Assembly (NCBI GenBank): GCA_002633005.1
Contig: NMRA01000183.1
Coordinates: 291,371-355,370 of the forward strand
Length of the DNA stretch: 64,000 nucleotides
Direction of reading: 5' to 3'
Source: Phoronis australis
Lineage: Eukaryota > Animalia > Phoronida
Shown in pieces: positions 37,401 to 52,400 of this stretch (within the stretch, counting starts at the first letter, position 1; each line of letters starts with the position of its first letter). The notes under the pieces are model-generated. The model worked only from the letters and a program-made list of their open reading frames with translations, did no database searches and had not been told where the DNA came from. The position numbers were made by a program, and so were the translations under genes.

Positions 37401-40400
37401 CTTGCCCGCAGCTCTCCATAAGAAACACACAAGAACAGGCTCAGGAATTTATAAGTGAGGGAGATAACAACACAATTTGCCGATAGCCTGTCGCGTAGAG
37501 TGTGTGTTAAGACTTGTTACTGCAAAATATCAGCGTAATTGGTGAAAAAGTTTCCACGTCTCTTGAAGTTTGAAGGTTGCCCCATTTAGGTCTATGTTAA
37601 CGATCGTCCGGAAGTCAATATTTGAGTGCATACACTGTAGCTCATTTTGAAGTCAAATTTGTGACCGAATTCCTTTTGCCATCGGATTTGCCGATAGCCT
37701 AGGTGGCTACCAGCAGTACTCGGAGGTTGCTGATTCAAGTTTCATGCTGTTTTTCGAAAAATAGGATTCCGCACTCAAATTTGTATTGGCAAACATCTGA
37801 AGATTAATAAAAACCACTTTGGCCAGCCCGCATTTAAGCCAATTGCAAACACACGCGGCTGCCGACGTTCAGTTCACTTTTGGTGGTTATGTTTACAAGT
37901 TAACAGATACTTGTGATCCCAATGCCCGAGCTAGCACTGTCATACTGTAGAATGTGGAATTCCAGAAATTCCAGATACTGTTATTGTAAACTTGACAAGT
38001 ATTGCTCTGCAGACTACATACTGACATCGAGCCCATGGTACCAGCGCCCAAGCTTCCTGACCTTTAACCTAACTATGCGTTGTTATGATTGATTAGGGAC
38101 ATAGCGCTAAGCGACGCCTAGCGAATCAAGAACGTTACAAATTTCTGGCGTTGACAGACTCGTTTTTAACTGACACCGAAATTCTTGCCCGTTTCAGTGC
38201 TCTGAGTGTTGGCGTTTTCTGGGTTATGTATATTCATTGTATTCTGAAGATTTAGTGATAAACATTAAAAAGTGTTCTGAGTGTTCCTTGACTTACCTTC
38301 GCATGTGCCATTGTACAACACGTATCCAGATTTGCAGTCGCACGTCCTTGTTTTAGTGATACAAACTTTTGGTGAAGGGCATTTTAGGCCTCCCGACTCG
38401 CATGCAACCATAGACTCAGCTGAAACAGAAGCAGGCACCAGTGAAGATAACACAAATAGACGATCTTGCACTGCCATGCGAAACATTTCCAAACATAAAC
38501 CTGCTGGAATACTTTAAAGGCGAAGGCAACCTTTTTCATGTCACTTTTACCAAAACTAAGGTTCGTTGATTGTCCCAGACACATTTTTCACTTAATTACA
38601 ACTTTTCGTAATTTGATTAATTTCTCGTCCTCTACTCTGGAAGTGACGTTTTGGGAGGGAAGAGTTTCGCTCCAATTTCTTTTCATTATAGTCTGACTGA
38701 GGGAGCTGCCGAGTCAGTCATTGTTCTACCTTGTTTGTGATAAGTTCGGTCGTCGTTTGCTTTTGTTTACAAGTCATTCCACATTCCACGCTGTTGCTGC
38801 GTGCCGGGATGTACTCATTATTGTCTCACACGCGCTTTGGGTACCTTGTGCAGCTTTCCGAAGGATGACACACTTCGCCGTACTTCGCTAACTCGTTTCA
38901 TGTGAAGAACGCAGTGCTACCCGTCCACGCAACGTACAAGGCAGTGGAGGGTTACCGAGTGTGTGGCAAGCATTTTCTGCCTTCAGATTATGACAGATAT
39001 GTACGCTGAATTGATGAAGGTCCCTGCAACACAACGGCTGAAGAAGGGTACCATACCGTCGCTGTTGATTCCCGGCAGTGCCCCCTCGCCAACCCCGAGG
39101 AGTGCGTTTTTGAAGCGAGACGCCTCGCGAGCTGTGGCCACTATATACAGTGACTGGAGGCACTTCATCTACAGTCACCCGTGCCTCCGAACGTACCCCC
39201 ATTGCGTGCAATTCCGGGAACTAGCAGTGATTCGCCCTGTGCTGTTGTCTCTAGCCCAGAGCCTGTAAGCAGCCCTGCAGCGATGTTGAGTAGTGGGAGT
39301 GAATACAGGCTCAGTTCGACACCCAGTGAAGAGGACAGTTCGTCATCTAATGAAGAGATCGGTGAGCCTAAGTTTGATAAGTTTATTGTGGACTTGTATT
39401 GGAGCTATTTGGAAGGTGCTAGGTGTGTGGCGAGGGAGTCACACGGCGGGATGTAAGCAGTTCGGGTGCTCAGATCACCCTCCAGTGGGAGTGTGTCGCG
39501 GGACACTCGGGCAAGTGGGACAGTTCTTCCTCTGTACGTGAGACGATAATGAGTACACCCCAGTGCGCAGCAACAGCGTGGAATGTTGACTGACTCATAA
39601 GCAAAAGCAAACGACGACCGAACTTATCACAACCGAGGTAAAACAATGACTGACTCGACTGCTTTCACAGTCACACTATATGAAAAGAAATAGGCGAGAA
39701 ATTCTTGCCTCCCAAAATGTTACTTCCGGAGTAGACGAAAAGCAGTAAATACGTGAAAAATATGCCTGGGATAATCAACGAACCTTATTTTTGCTAAAAA
39801 TGACATGAAAAATGGTTGCCTTCGCCTTTAATCTAATATACGAATAGACCAATCAAGTTTTTGATTTAAGATATTTCCCTCCAAATTCCTCCAATCTTAA
39901 AGCGTGCAGAGCTAGGTCAGAGGCTTCCTGCAAAGTGCTAAATCGGGACATTTTACGTACAGCCAGGACTTAATGGAGGCTGCGGTAAAAGACCAGTCAT
40001 GTCAAACCACACCAGTCATTATGGGACAAATTTAGTGCTTCGGTCACATGAAACTTCCGAAGAAGATCCGATAACCTTTAATCTGACAAATGTTACATCA
40101 GCCAACAGAAGGGTAATTATCTTGAACAGTTCCCAGGTCGGTTCTTGCGCCACAAATCACCAAACGCTATGTCCAACAGATACATGTACGACCAAAAACT
40201 GTCCTACATGTATCACTATATGGATCGGGATGAAACTGAACGGGCGGTATAGGCTGAACATTGACCGACATGTAACCAAGGTATACAACATGCTTTTGTT
40301 TCCTAATGCTTTTTATCTCTGATGGCAACAACTAATTGTACAGTAAAGCAGCCAATGAAAACAGGAAACGGAACCAATTTTGGGTCAAATAGTACTAACG

Positions 40401-43400
40401 GGGTTTATTATCCATGCACTGTGGAAGCCGAAACTATTTTTTTCGTTAACGTCGTGTCTGGACTGTCAGGCTTCAAACATCCCTAGAAAGCAAGGTGCGG
40501 AAATTAAGGTCGGGAACTACAGTTTATTCCGGAAGTATGAGATTTGACAACGGGTATGAGATTCTTTTGCTGCGCATATAAGAGGGTGCGCACATGGACG
40601 TTAGATTGGCATTGCCGTGGACTGGAGTTTGGGGAACGAATCTGAATTTCTATGGAGCCGGTTCCACTAACTGTGCAAAGCGAGCGTACACAAGGAAACA
40701 TTCTTTAATAGCGTGTTGAAGACGTGAAAAATACCCCTGCATTAACTTTATAGAAGTATGCACAACGTAGTTCTTAAACTACACAATTGCCATCTAGCAA
40801 CAAGGCGACTACTTCATCGTGTCCGAATAAGCGGTCGATACCTTGAGGTAGAATTGTCTCTCACTTACGTTCACAGTTTCCTTTGTATTTCACATAATCC
40901 TCCAAGCATCGGCATTCTTTCCTTGTGGTGTTGCAAACTCCGTTTACTGGACAATTTCTTCCTCCAAACTCACACGGAACAATCCATATATCTGCGAAGT
41001 ACATCATGTTTTGTGAAAAGTGATGGATGACCTATTGCGGACGTTCTCATCCGTTTAGAAGACTTGCTAATTTGTAAGAAAACGTTTTGGGCACTAGTTT
41101 AAACCGAGCTCTTCGACATTCAAGAACACCACGCTGAACTTGACACAGGTCTTGCACACATAAGGTCAACATTACGAACAACACATGTACTGTAGCAGTA
41201 GAAAGCGGGTAACACTGTCGCCCACATCCGATTTTTGGGCAAAAGGTTTGGACGTTGTATACTTAAATGGTTTTCTTTTAAAATTAAAACTTAGAGATGG
41301 ACAGTTCTTATGACAAATATTAGATGTTGTGAGAAACGTTTTTAATGAGGTGACCCAGAAAAAATGGTTCACCTTTAACAGAAATCAGAATGTTTAAAAG
41401 TCGCTTCATAGGGCAAACGACAGTTTATTATTGTTGAGTGAGATGGAATCCGTAATCTAATCAACTTTAACCACAGATACAAAACAAAAAACACCATATC
41501 TAGGCATTGTTACATGTATTAAGATACGTGAATCACTGGCTTATATTGTTCTGCAGTAGAAAATGGCCCGCAAGGAAGTCGACGGTGGTGTCATTTCAAA
41601 TTTGACAATGTTACCCGCTCAAAGTCTTGAGGGGAAAATTACAATGCACGTGCCAAGATTTTCCGTAGATATGCCCATTGGCGTGTAGTAAGAAAATGAA
41701 AAATTCCAGGCGTTTTAGTAACACCGAATAAACTCCTGGACGTTTATTCTAAAAAAGGGGGCGTGTAAACGAAAATTTATAGTATTCATTAATGGGTTTC
41801 CTGCTTTTGACATGTTTTACTTAAGACTTTTTCAAAATTATATGTTAAGAAATGCATAGTCCAAGAAGCATAGTCCGCGAACACTGTGTTCGTTTTAAGA
41901 TATAATAAATGCTCTACAAACTGAATTTGTTACTAAAAGTTGACTGACTCCGTCTGAGTGGGTTTTTATGAAGAAATTTGCAGGAGTAACGCCTCACTAT
42001 CTCGACACTTGACACCAGAAGTTGTATCACCAAATAAACGCCCATGGGCGTTTCATCGGGTGGGCTTATCATCGGAAATTCCCGGTTAGAACACGAAATT
42101 AGTGAGCCGGAACAAGACTATTCCTATACAACGACAAATTTAGACATAATTTTAATGATATTTCACATCTGCGTTCCTATGGAGACACTCGGACAATTGC
42201 TATGTTTTCTTTGCTTGTGCGGTATGCGGGGAGCAGAGGGTAAAGTTTTTCCAGGCACTCGAACAATACCCCAATGTTTAAAAAATATTCAGATCTTCCT
42301 CAAATATATTACACTTTTTCTAAATGGATGTACATAACTCGATGAAAATAATGTTTTATTCGAAATAGTATCAAAATTTCTTTTTAATATCAAAGTTCTT
42401 TGTGTGAGTCGATAAGACTGTATACATGTAAAATAAGTTATTGTGTATGACAAGGGTTTATTTATATTTGTAATTGTTTGTAATTGTAATGTTAACAATA
42501 GTTTTTTAATTTATATATTTGTGTTTAATTGTATATAGATTTCTTTGCGTTTATTCAACCCAGATACAACGCTTCTTGGCACTTTCTGGGCATGTATATT
42601 AATTAAACTGAATATTTCATAATAAACATCTAAAAAATCTGAAAATAGAAACCCAAAAATTGCTTACCCCACACCATTGGACGTAGGGCCTTTCTTTCAC
42701 AGAAGCACCGCGTTTGCACACGGTCTTCACGCGTGCGCTGTCTTCGGAGTTTAAATGTGCCGATACCTAGTTCAGACAGATTTATTGTGCATCTGTACAT
42801 TTTGTTTTCACATTTAATTGAATGTAACCAAGATATTTACACCTGTGTCCATGCTAAGCATTGACTGCCTTGGCTTACCTTTACATGTGTCATTGTAAAT
42901 CACGTAACCCGATATACAGTCGCATGTCCTGGCTTTAGAATTGCACACTTTAAGTGAAGGGCATTTCAATCCACCCGACTCGCACGCAACCATTGACTCG
43001 GCTGAAACACGAGCAGACACTTGTGAATTAAGATATTGGAAAAGCCGGGCGCTTCAAATAATGTTCGTAAAACAAGTAATGCTATCACAACGCATCCTAC
43101 TACCTCCCCGCGTTTATCGAAATCTCAGTAAGGGAGCTCAAGACGAGGCTGAAATCAGACCCAGACAAAGGCGAAGACATTCCTATTCGCGCGTGATGTT
43201 GATGAACTGCGAGTCGAACTTTGGTAAGAGGGCTAGAAGTGTTGTGTGTTGTTTGAGGAACTCAAAAAGGGCAAGTGCCGGGTTGAATTAATCAAGGTTG
43301 TCGTTTGGTCCTTGGGTCAGGACGCGCGAATCGTCTAGATTGTTTAAATATATAGAACGCGATGCTGTCGAGCAGGACGGTTGGTGAGAAGTGAGTTACT

Positions 43401-46400
43401 AAATCGTAAATATTTTTGATCTGAGCAGATTTGACGCTATTTTTGGAATGACTGTATGTCAAAGTTTAGGGAACTCATTACTTAACCTATTTCCATCATG
43501 ACAACTTCTGAGATAAAAACAGTGTTCGCACTACGAATCAGTAGAAACATTGACCCAAAATGTTAATTATTTGTTTGAAAACGTGAATTTCCAACAATTC
43601 TCATACAAAGGTATTTGATAACAACAACTTAGGAAATATCTATAACACGCCGGCCGAATATTTGTTCTAGTGAGAGTCTGGGTCTCAACGCATTGCATTG
43701 TTTTGATGTCGGGCCATCTTCACGCAAGAAGCGTGTGAACGCATTTTTGTTTGGTATAGATGTACATAACAAAATGGTTAATTTCGGTGCATAAAGAGTG
43801 TATTAATTCCGCAGTCAAGAACAATAGCAATAACACCGTATGCAATTCTGGTTTGGTTTTGAGGCTTCTGCATACTACAGATCATAATCAACATCGGGTT
43901 GAAATATCGGGATGGTATCAGCCAGTCGTTGACCTATATGTGACCAAGGCCTTCAATGTGTTTTTTCCGACTGATTGTTTCATTTCCCTGGTGACAGAAA
44001 CGCGTTGTGGCAACAAAGCAAGATTCATAACTAATTTGGATAGAATCACCGAAAGAGGTCTCTAAACCGTGGATGCAAATTACTTGTATGAAATTGGTTT
44101 TATTTGAGTCAGTTACCATCGCGGCTGGACTGTCAGACCTCGAAGGTCGGAGTGAGTTCGGCAACAAACTGGACTATCTCTGGAAAACAAGTCCAGGTTC
44201 TGAAACTTGATTTCTCCGGGGCATGATTTCAAGGGGAATGGAGTATTTCCGGTGGGTTTTCGGAGTTTCGGGGCGCCAGTGTTGAGTTGGTGCCGCTGGC
44301 TTTACTTAGTATTTACCGACCAAAGGATTTGTTTCAAAGCTGTAGTTCAGAGAATCGGCCATGGAAAGTATTCCCTGGAAAAGGCGAAAAAACAATATAG
44401 AGACTGTTTTCTCGCAGTATGACAAAACAGCTACCCTACAAGTTACAACCTCACTTACGTTCACACTTCCCGTTGTATTTCAGATAACCCACTTTACACT
44501 TGCATTCCTTCCTTGTCGTGTTGCAAACTTCATTTACTGGACACTTCCTTCCTCCAGAGCTGCATGGTACAACCCATATGTCTAAAAAAATCCATTCATG
44601 TATTAATCACGACTCAGGCTGATACTGTACATATTTCGACATAGACATGCATTGCACCCAGAAGCGCACCATGGGAACGTCCCGGTTGCATTCAAGCATA
44701 TCCCTCGTAAGTGTTTTCTCATCCACCATCATGAAAGTACAATCGGACATAATTTTGCTAAAAAAATACTTTATTGTAAGAGGACTGTCCCTTATTACAC
44801 AACGAGAATCTAATGTCACGTTATTTACCACAGTATCGCAGTTTTCGCCAAGCACTTTTGTAGCCTCGTTTTTGCGCCTTTGGATTTCCTCTTGAGATTT
44901 GTTGTTGTATTCCTCACAGTTTTTTTCCAGCTGCATTACCCTATCCGCCCTTACAACGTCAACGAAATAATACAGTAGTGTTGTGGACTGCAGCTCCGAC
45001 CGGGAGACACTTGAATAAAGTTGACAAACATCCGTTGATGCGTGATGTTAGTTCGGTTTCCGACATGACTTCTAAACGTGTGCCTCACACCCCAAAACAA
45101 GGCCAATGAGAACAACGCGCTTTCTTACCTCCATGACAAACGAGAGTTCTATTGCGGTGTACTCCGGGACGGCCCTAGTTTAGTGTTCTGCATCCGATGC
45201 TTTTTCTATGTCATTATTTCATACTTGCCAAAATACAACCTAAAATACAACTTGCAAGGTGTGGATTTAGAGGGGCATAAGGCTCGGCTTTGCTACAAAT
45301 CTGTACAAATGCATTTGCTTGCTGTCTGGGAACGTTTGGTCCAGTTGTCCTCGACCATTAATACTAACGTAAAACAGAACCGACATGCCGATTTCGGGCT
45401 TCCGGCAACGTTTCACATTCGACGGTTGCAGTCTGCATTGAAACAGACTAGATTACCTTGGTATTTACTGAGTAACTCGATCTTAAAGGTTGATTTACAT
45501 GTACATGCTGTTAATTATGCTAAAGGTAACGCACAGCCGTAAAAATGGTACTCATCTATCGATTCATTCTGCAGCCGTATTTATAAATAACTTGCAACTT
45601 ACTGCGAACTGAAAACAAAAAATTGCATATATATGACCTCTACTCTGATGACTTACCTCACGGGTCTAAATAACCCCACTGTAAATCCACAACACCACGT
45701 CACAGCACTTACTGGACATGGTTCGGTGATTTGTAGGGGACCATTCGCAACAAATTTCGTTGTTAAAAACACATTGACGCATTTGCGCTGTATGCTGACA
45801 AGCTCTCAGATATGACATGTGGTCTGCGACACGATAGTATTACAACGGACCCGACAAACTACACCATAACGTTCTGCCTCGCTTTAAGTTGTGAACCGAG
45901 TGAAGGACGTCCTGAGAGTACAGTAACTCTGCACGGTTATTACCTGTGTTGTTACGTTTGAAATAAAGAGTGACTAGTTTAAGACAGGCTGTTACTTGCC
46001 TTTAGCTTGGCTTACCTTCACATTTGCCTTTATGTATTATATATCCGGGTTTACAGTCACATGTCCTTGTTTTTGTGTTACATACTTTTGATGAAGAGCA
46101 TTTCAATCCACCCGTCTCACATGGAACCGTCGATTCATCTGAAAGACGTTAAAATCCGTAGGTCTGCGCTAATTTCGTGTTTCCTGCGTAATTCACAGTC
46201 ACTCGAATCTCCCAAACAGCACAGTGCCTCATAACCAAACATAATGTTGTTGCAAGTGGTGGAAACTAGGAACACTTAGGCCTAGTCTCAAGGGAATGAG
46301 ACCGCAGAAATTATAAGTGTTGTCTTTCAAATAATATGGAAAGACGCACACTTACATGTACATATATAAACTGATGAATTACCGCACTTTGTAACGACAC

Positions 46401-49400
46401 CATTTCCAAAGTATGAACTCGTCTTTTGTTGTTAGTTGACCACACCGTAGTGGTGATCATATTCAAATCCAATATTGCAACAGTAGGATTCAGATGATTT
46501 GTCTAGTACCAGGCTTATTGAAAGGTGCACTGGAAATCTACGCTTATTGTCAACGTTTCACTCTTTAAAAAGTAAATCATTCCCCTTAACCGAATACACT
46601 AACAGGATCACGTACGTGTACACGTCCCATTGTATCTGATATATCCAGCTTTACACTTGCATTGCTTCTGAGTCGTATTGCACACTGAAGACACCGGACA
46701 TTTCATCCCTCCCAGCTCACATGGTAACGTCCAAACCTCTGCAATAATTTAAACAAAATATGGCAGCTATATTAGATTACAACAGCTTTGGCAATTAAAG
46801 TGTACGATTGCCTTGAAATACATTTTAGCGCAGAACTATGCATTATCAGTAGCGACAGTTCACAGCATCATTCTTGGTCGCTATTCACTTACCTGTGCAT
46901 TCGTCGTGAAACACGACATATCCCGCCTTGCAAACACACATTTTTGAGTTGATATTGCAACCAGCATTCTCTGGACAACTTTGGCCTCCAGATTCGCAGG
47001 GTACCGTCGTCACATCTAAAAGTTAGAACTACATGTATTCGAAATAACTCTCAATTAACAACATGCACTAGAGAAACTGTTATCAAAGACTTCTTCGTCA
47101 GCACATGCAACCATGGGCTACATACGATATTTGGAAGACGATTAATTAGTTCTTAACCAATACAGGAGTATGCAATAGTTATTCAGTCAGACAGTGTAGT
47201 TGGTCACAGTATCATGATCTCGGTTTGTGTTCTTTTATAGGTTGTTTTACTTTAAACAGTTTATTGTTGTTGGGGTGCGTTCACATATCAAATCATCCAA
47301 AATTTCCCTCCTTTTATTCCCTCCTTCTTTGTCATCTTCCTTCCTCTTGATATGAACCCCCATTCCTGTCCAGCCTCTAACTACGTCATCACAATCAACC
47401 CCAGCAGCTCATTGGAGATTCCGTACGTGTTCTAGTTTATGATTCTAATGACACGTCAGCAACTGTGAACGACATCCCCAAGACCTCGACATTGCATTTG
47501 CAGCTATAGTATTGTGTGATGACAGTGTGTGTCAACGCTCCCCTCTCACTATTCTGTATTTTTAGAAATGCCTAGTGCTGTTGGCTTGTTAAAGCTGTAA
47601 CATGGTATTTGGTTACGTTGTAGTGCATTGTATTGTTCATGGTGGATTCAACTATCGGTTGCAAAGGTAGAAAAACATCTGTTTGTATAACTATTTTACA
47701 CCTTGTAAAAAGTGTTGCTCACACAGCTTTTTTATGTCGACGTGTGCTCTGAAAATCATTGTGCAACACAAGAAATCCACTGCCACCAGAATGAGTACCG
47801 AACCAGTGAACTACTATCAATGTTTTAATATTTAAAAATAATGGAAGGCACTGTAGCAATTGTGTACGACTTTGACTACTTGCGTAACCTCAAGTTTTCC
47901 CACGGAGGTGTTTCATATGTGTGACCTTCATTTGGTAGAGCAATTCATATAAAGTGAATGCGTCGGGATAACCACGTGATAACAGGCTTGATGATGCACA
48001 GTCTCATTAGATTCTGAATATGGCGGCAACTGAGATTACGACTGCAGCTGCAAACAGACAGTGAACTGGCGTCATGTTTGCACACACTCCTTGTCCACGT
48101 TTCGTAGGACGACACGAGAATCCTTGGGAAACCCCCACAGCATTGTCGTTACCCTAATAAAGCTAGGCGTAGTTTTTATCATTTGATTATTTATTTCACT
48201 ATTAAATAACGATTACATAATAGTATGGAATTGTAGTGTTGTTACATTCGAATAGTATAAATGTAAGGAGTCACTTCCGGTACGTGGATCGTCTGACATA
48301 CACAATACACGTTAGTTCCTGAGCTAATACTTGTTTTATTAGATTAACTAACGATGCAACACTGGCGACGAGGATCGACAAGACCCCAATAACAACCGAG
48401 AAGTCACAGGGATACGTGTTATTCCTACATAGCCTGTCACGAACTGACATTAGCAGTATATTTGAGCTGTCCTCGCCCGTACACGCTGAGTCCGTGCTGT
48501 TGATATGACATCCCTACCTGCCTTTCCCCCGTTTCTGGTACATGCCAATGAACAATCCGCGGGTAGTAGGTGGATGAAATGGCTAAACAAGTTTGAAAAC
48601 ATGCTTTTAGCCCTAGACATTACTGACACTAAACGTAAGAAAGCCCTATTACTACATTACATAGGCGAAGAGGGGTTCGATATCTATGATAGCATGAAGG
48701 ATGAAGAAGATGCCTATGATATTGTGAAACAAAGCTTCACTACTTACTTCACGCCTAAGCAAAACACTGCATATGAAACATACAAATTCAGGCAAGCGGT
48801 GCAAGAACCATCAGAGACAATCGACTCGTTTCACACTCGCTTGAGAACACTTGCAGCCACATGTGACTTTCATGACACAGATCGTGAGATCTTAACACAG
48901 ATTCTTCATGGGTGTACCTCCACTCGACTCCGCCGTCGTGGCCTACGAGACAACATGGGTGCCAGTGACATTGAAAAGGGTGTCAACTTGCTAACATTGC
49001 ACAAGCACAAATCACAGCCGCCCCATAAGTTCAAGCAACAGGACCAGCACAGACCCAAGAAATAATTCAACTCGCGAGTCCCGAAGCGAACATCATCAGG
49101 GCAGACCCACACCAGTAAGAACCACAAGCCCAACAACAACTGGCGAAAACGAAACCGTGTGTGTCGCAACTGTGGTGGAGATTTTCCCCATCCTGCGAAC
49201 ACCATATGTCCTGCAAAAGGGAGATACTGTCTGAACTGTGGAAAAGTTGGACATTTCGCACAAGGGTCACTATTTCACTCCTTAATACATCAGTAGAATT
49301 CATTGTAGATACGGGAGCTTCAGTGAATATTATTCCCGAGTCCATGCTACAGCATTTTCCTGAGAGACCTACACTACAACCCCGGTCGACGAAGATTTAC

Positions 49401-52400
49401 GCATACGCACAAGATGCATGCCTCGACGTAGTGGGCTCCTTCAAAACGGAAGTGGCGTATAATGGCTCTAAATGCATGGCGACCTTCTACCTGATTCAAC
49501 GTGACCGTCCCACTTGCAGCCTACTTTGTGGACAAACCGCCCAAGCACTTGGTCTCATCCAGTATGCCTTCCAGTCATCCATCCCGGAGAGTGAAGAGTA
49601 TTCTCATCTGTTTTCTCCAGGCATTGGCAAACTCAAAGATGTCAAGATCAAGCTCCACATCGATAACACCATACAACCGATAACTCAGAGGCATCGACGC
49701 ATTCCATTTCACGTGCGAAAAGATGTCGAACAAGAAATTGCACGACTGACCGATCTCGACGTGATTGAGGAAGTCAACGTCCCCACCCCATGGATTAGCC
49801 CAGTTGTAGTAATACCCAAGAAAGAAGGCGTACGACTGTGTGTCGACATGAGAGAAGCCAATAAAGCGATTAAGCGAACCAAGCACATCATGCCGACTAT
49901 TGATGACCTTGTCCATGACCTGAATGAGGCTACAGTCTTCAGCAAGTTAGACATGTCAAGTGCCTACCATCAACTAGAGTTGGACGAAGAAAGTCGTTTC
50001 ATCACCACATTTACAACACGTGTTGGTCTACGACGATACAAGAGACTACTGTTTGGATTCAACGCTGCAGCTGAACTATTTCAGAATACTATTGCACAGT
50101 TACTTCAGGACATCCCAGGTGCCAAGAACCTCTCAAACGACATAATTGTATTCGGCAAAACCCAGATGGAACACGATGCAAGCCTACAAGCAACACTGAA
50201 GAGGCTGAACGACAGTGGTGCTAAGCTCAACAAAGAGAAGTGCCTATTCTCTGTGAATCAACTTACCTTCTATGGCCATACGTTTGGTGTACAAGGCATA
50301 TCTCCACAACCGTCCAAGACTCAGGCCATCATCGACATGAATGCTCCTTCCTCATCTGCAGAAGTTCGATCTCTACTCGGAATGGCGCAGTACCTTTCCA
50401 GATTTATTCGTCATTATGCCACCATTGTTGAACCGTTACGACGTCTCACCAAGAAGGACGTCACATGGTCATGGGGCAAAGATGAAGAGACAGCTTTCAA
50501 TAACCTGAAGGATGCGCTGACAAGTACCTCAGTACTTGCATATTTCGACCATCAGAAGAAAACCGAAATACTAGTCGACGCAAGCCCAGTTGGCCTAGGT
50601 GCTGTCTTGATGCAAGAAGATAAAGTCATCTCGTATGCAAGCCGTGCACTCACTGACACTGAGACACGATACTCACAGACAGACCGAGAAATGCTCGCAC
50701 TTGTCTTTGGAGTTGAAAAGTTCCATATCTACATTTATGGCTCAACCTTCACAATCACCACTGATCATAAACCTTTGCTTGGTATAATCAAGAGCCAGAA
50801 GCCGACCACAGCGAGAATGGAGCGATGGAGACTACGACTTATGCCATATGAAATGACCGTGCAGTATCGTCCAGGAAAAGATGAGAACAACCCAGCAGAC
50901 TACATGAGTCGTCATCCAGTCACACAGCCGAATCGACAAAACGCGGGAGAAGCTTACATTCAGTATGTAATGAAGACTGCAGTCCCGAAGTCAATGACTG
51001 TAGAAGAGGTACGTGCAGCGAGCCGTGAAGATCCAGTGATACCGGCGCTGGTAACAGCTATCGAAACTGGAATTTGGAACACAGCAAAACTGAGCTCGTT
51101 CACATCGTTCAGGGACGAACTATCTGTCGCAGATGGAGTTGTTCTTCGAGGACACAGAATCGTCATTCCTGAGAGCCTCCAGAAGCGTGTAATCACTATT
51201 GCCCACAAGTCGCATCAAGGTGTGGTGAAAACCAAACAGCTCATCCGAGAAAAGGTGTGGTTCAGTGGTATTGACAATACCGTAGAAAAGGCTGTGAGCG
51301 GATGTATTCCATGCCAAGCGTCAAACCCTGGGCAACCTCACAGAGAACCCTTGCCATGGATTTTGCGGGTCCATTTCCTACGGGAGAATATCTTCTTGTA
51401 GTTATAGATGAATACAGCAGATATCCAGAAGTAGAAATCGTCTCATCTACTTCAGCTAAGGCTGTGATTCCGAAACTCGAGATGATCTTTGCTCGACAAG
51501 GCAACCCTCACAAGCTCAAGACCGACAATGGACCGCCATTCTGCAGCCATGAGTTCTCAGCCTTCGCTCAACAGTTCGGAATCGTTCACAAGAAAGTTAC
51601 GCCGTTGTGGCCAGAAGCAAATGGCGAAGCAGAGAGATTCATGCGAACTCTGAATAAGTACATACGAGCAGCAACAGCAGCCCAAGAGAATTGGAAGACG
51701 CAACTTCCCACGTTTCTTTCCCAGTATAGAGAGACGCCTCACTCCTCTACCAAGACATCTCCGTTTGAAGCCCTCACTGGTCGAAAGATGAACATTGGTC
51801 TACCCACCATACATCAGTTTCCCAACAACGGTTCAGTTCACAATCGCATCGTTGAGAATGACACCTCCAGCAAGGCCAAGATGAAGTCATATGCTGATAA
51901 CCGCCGACATACACAGACTTCGAATCTGCGACCAGGAGATCACGTGCTAGTGAAGCAACCCAAGTTGAACAAAACAACACCACCGTTCCAACCGTCGCCT
52001 TTCACTGTCACTGATAAGAAAGGCAGCATGATTACAGCACAACGGGGACCACAGACGATAACCCGTAATTCCTCACACTTCCAACAGATCCACGGTGACA
52101 TCGACACCAACGAAGAAGACAAAGAAGGTGGATCTACCCAGGTCGATACTACAACATCTACTACATCTACCAAGAAACTGTCTACATCTAGTCCCAGTTC
52201 CCCAAGTGATGAGATTCCAGCTACATCGCAAACCTCCAGACCCAATCGTTATCGACGTCCGCCAGACTATTTAAAGGACTATGTACTAACCCGTTAGTTG
52301 CCGTCAATCCGATTGTGTGCGAGAGACTATTACAAACAGTGTTGATCACATAGACTTTAGAGTTAGTAATTAAGTTCTTGTTCTTACTTGTTTAAGATTA

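Noticed and set aside
45656-45790. Possible extra exon with CPVSAV and a gtaagt donor on the minus strand
   Set aside because: The Cys spacing and phase do not fit the EGF exons. At best a relic.
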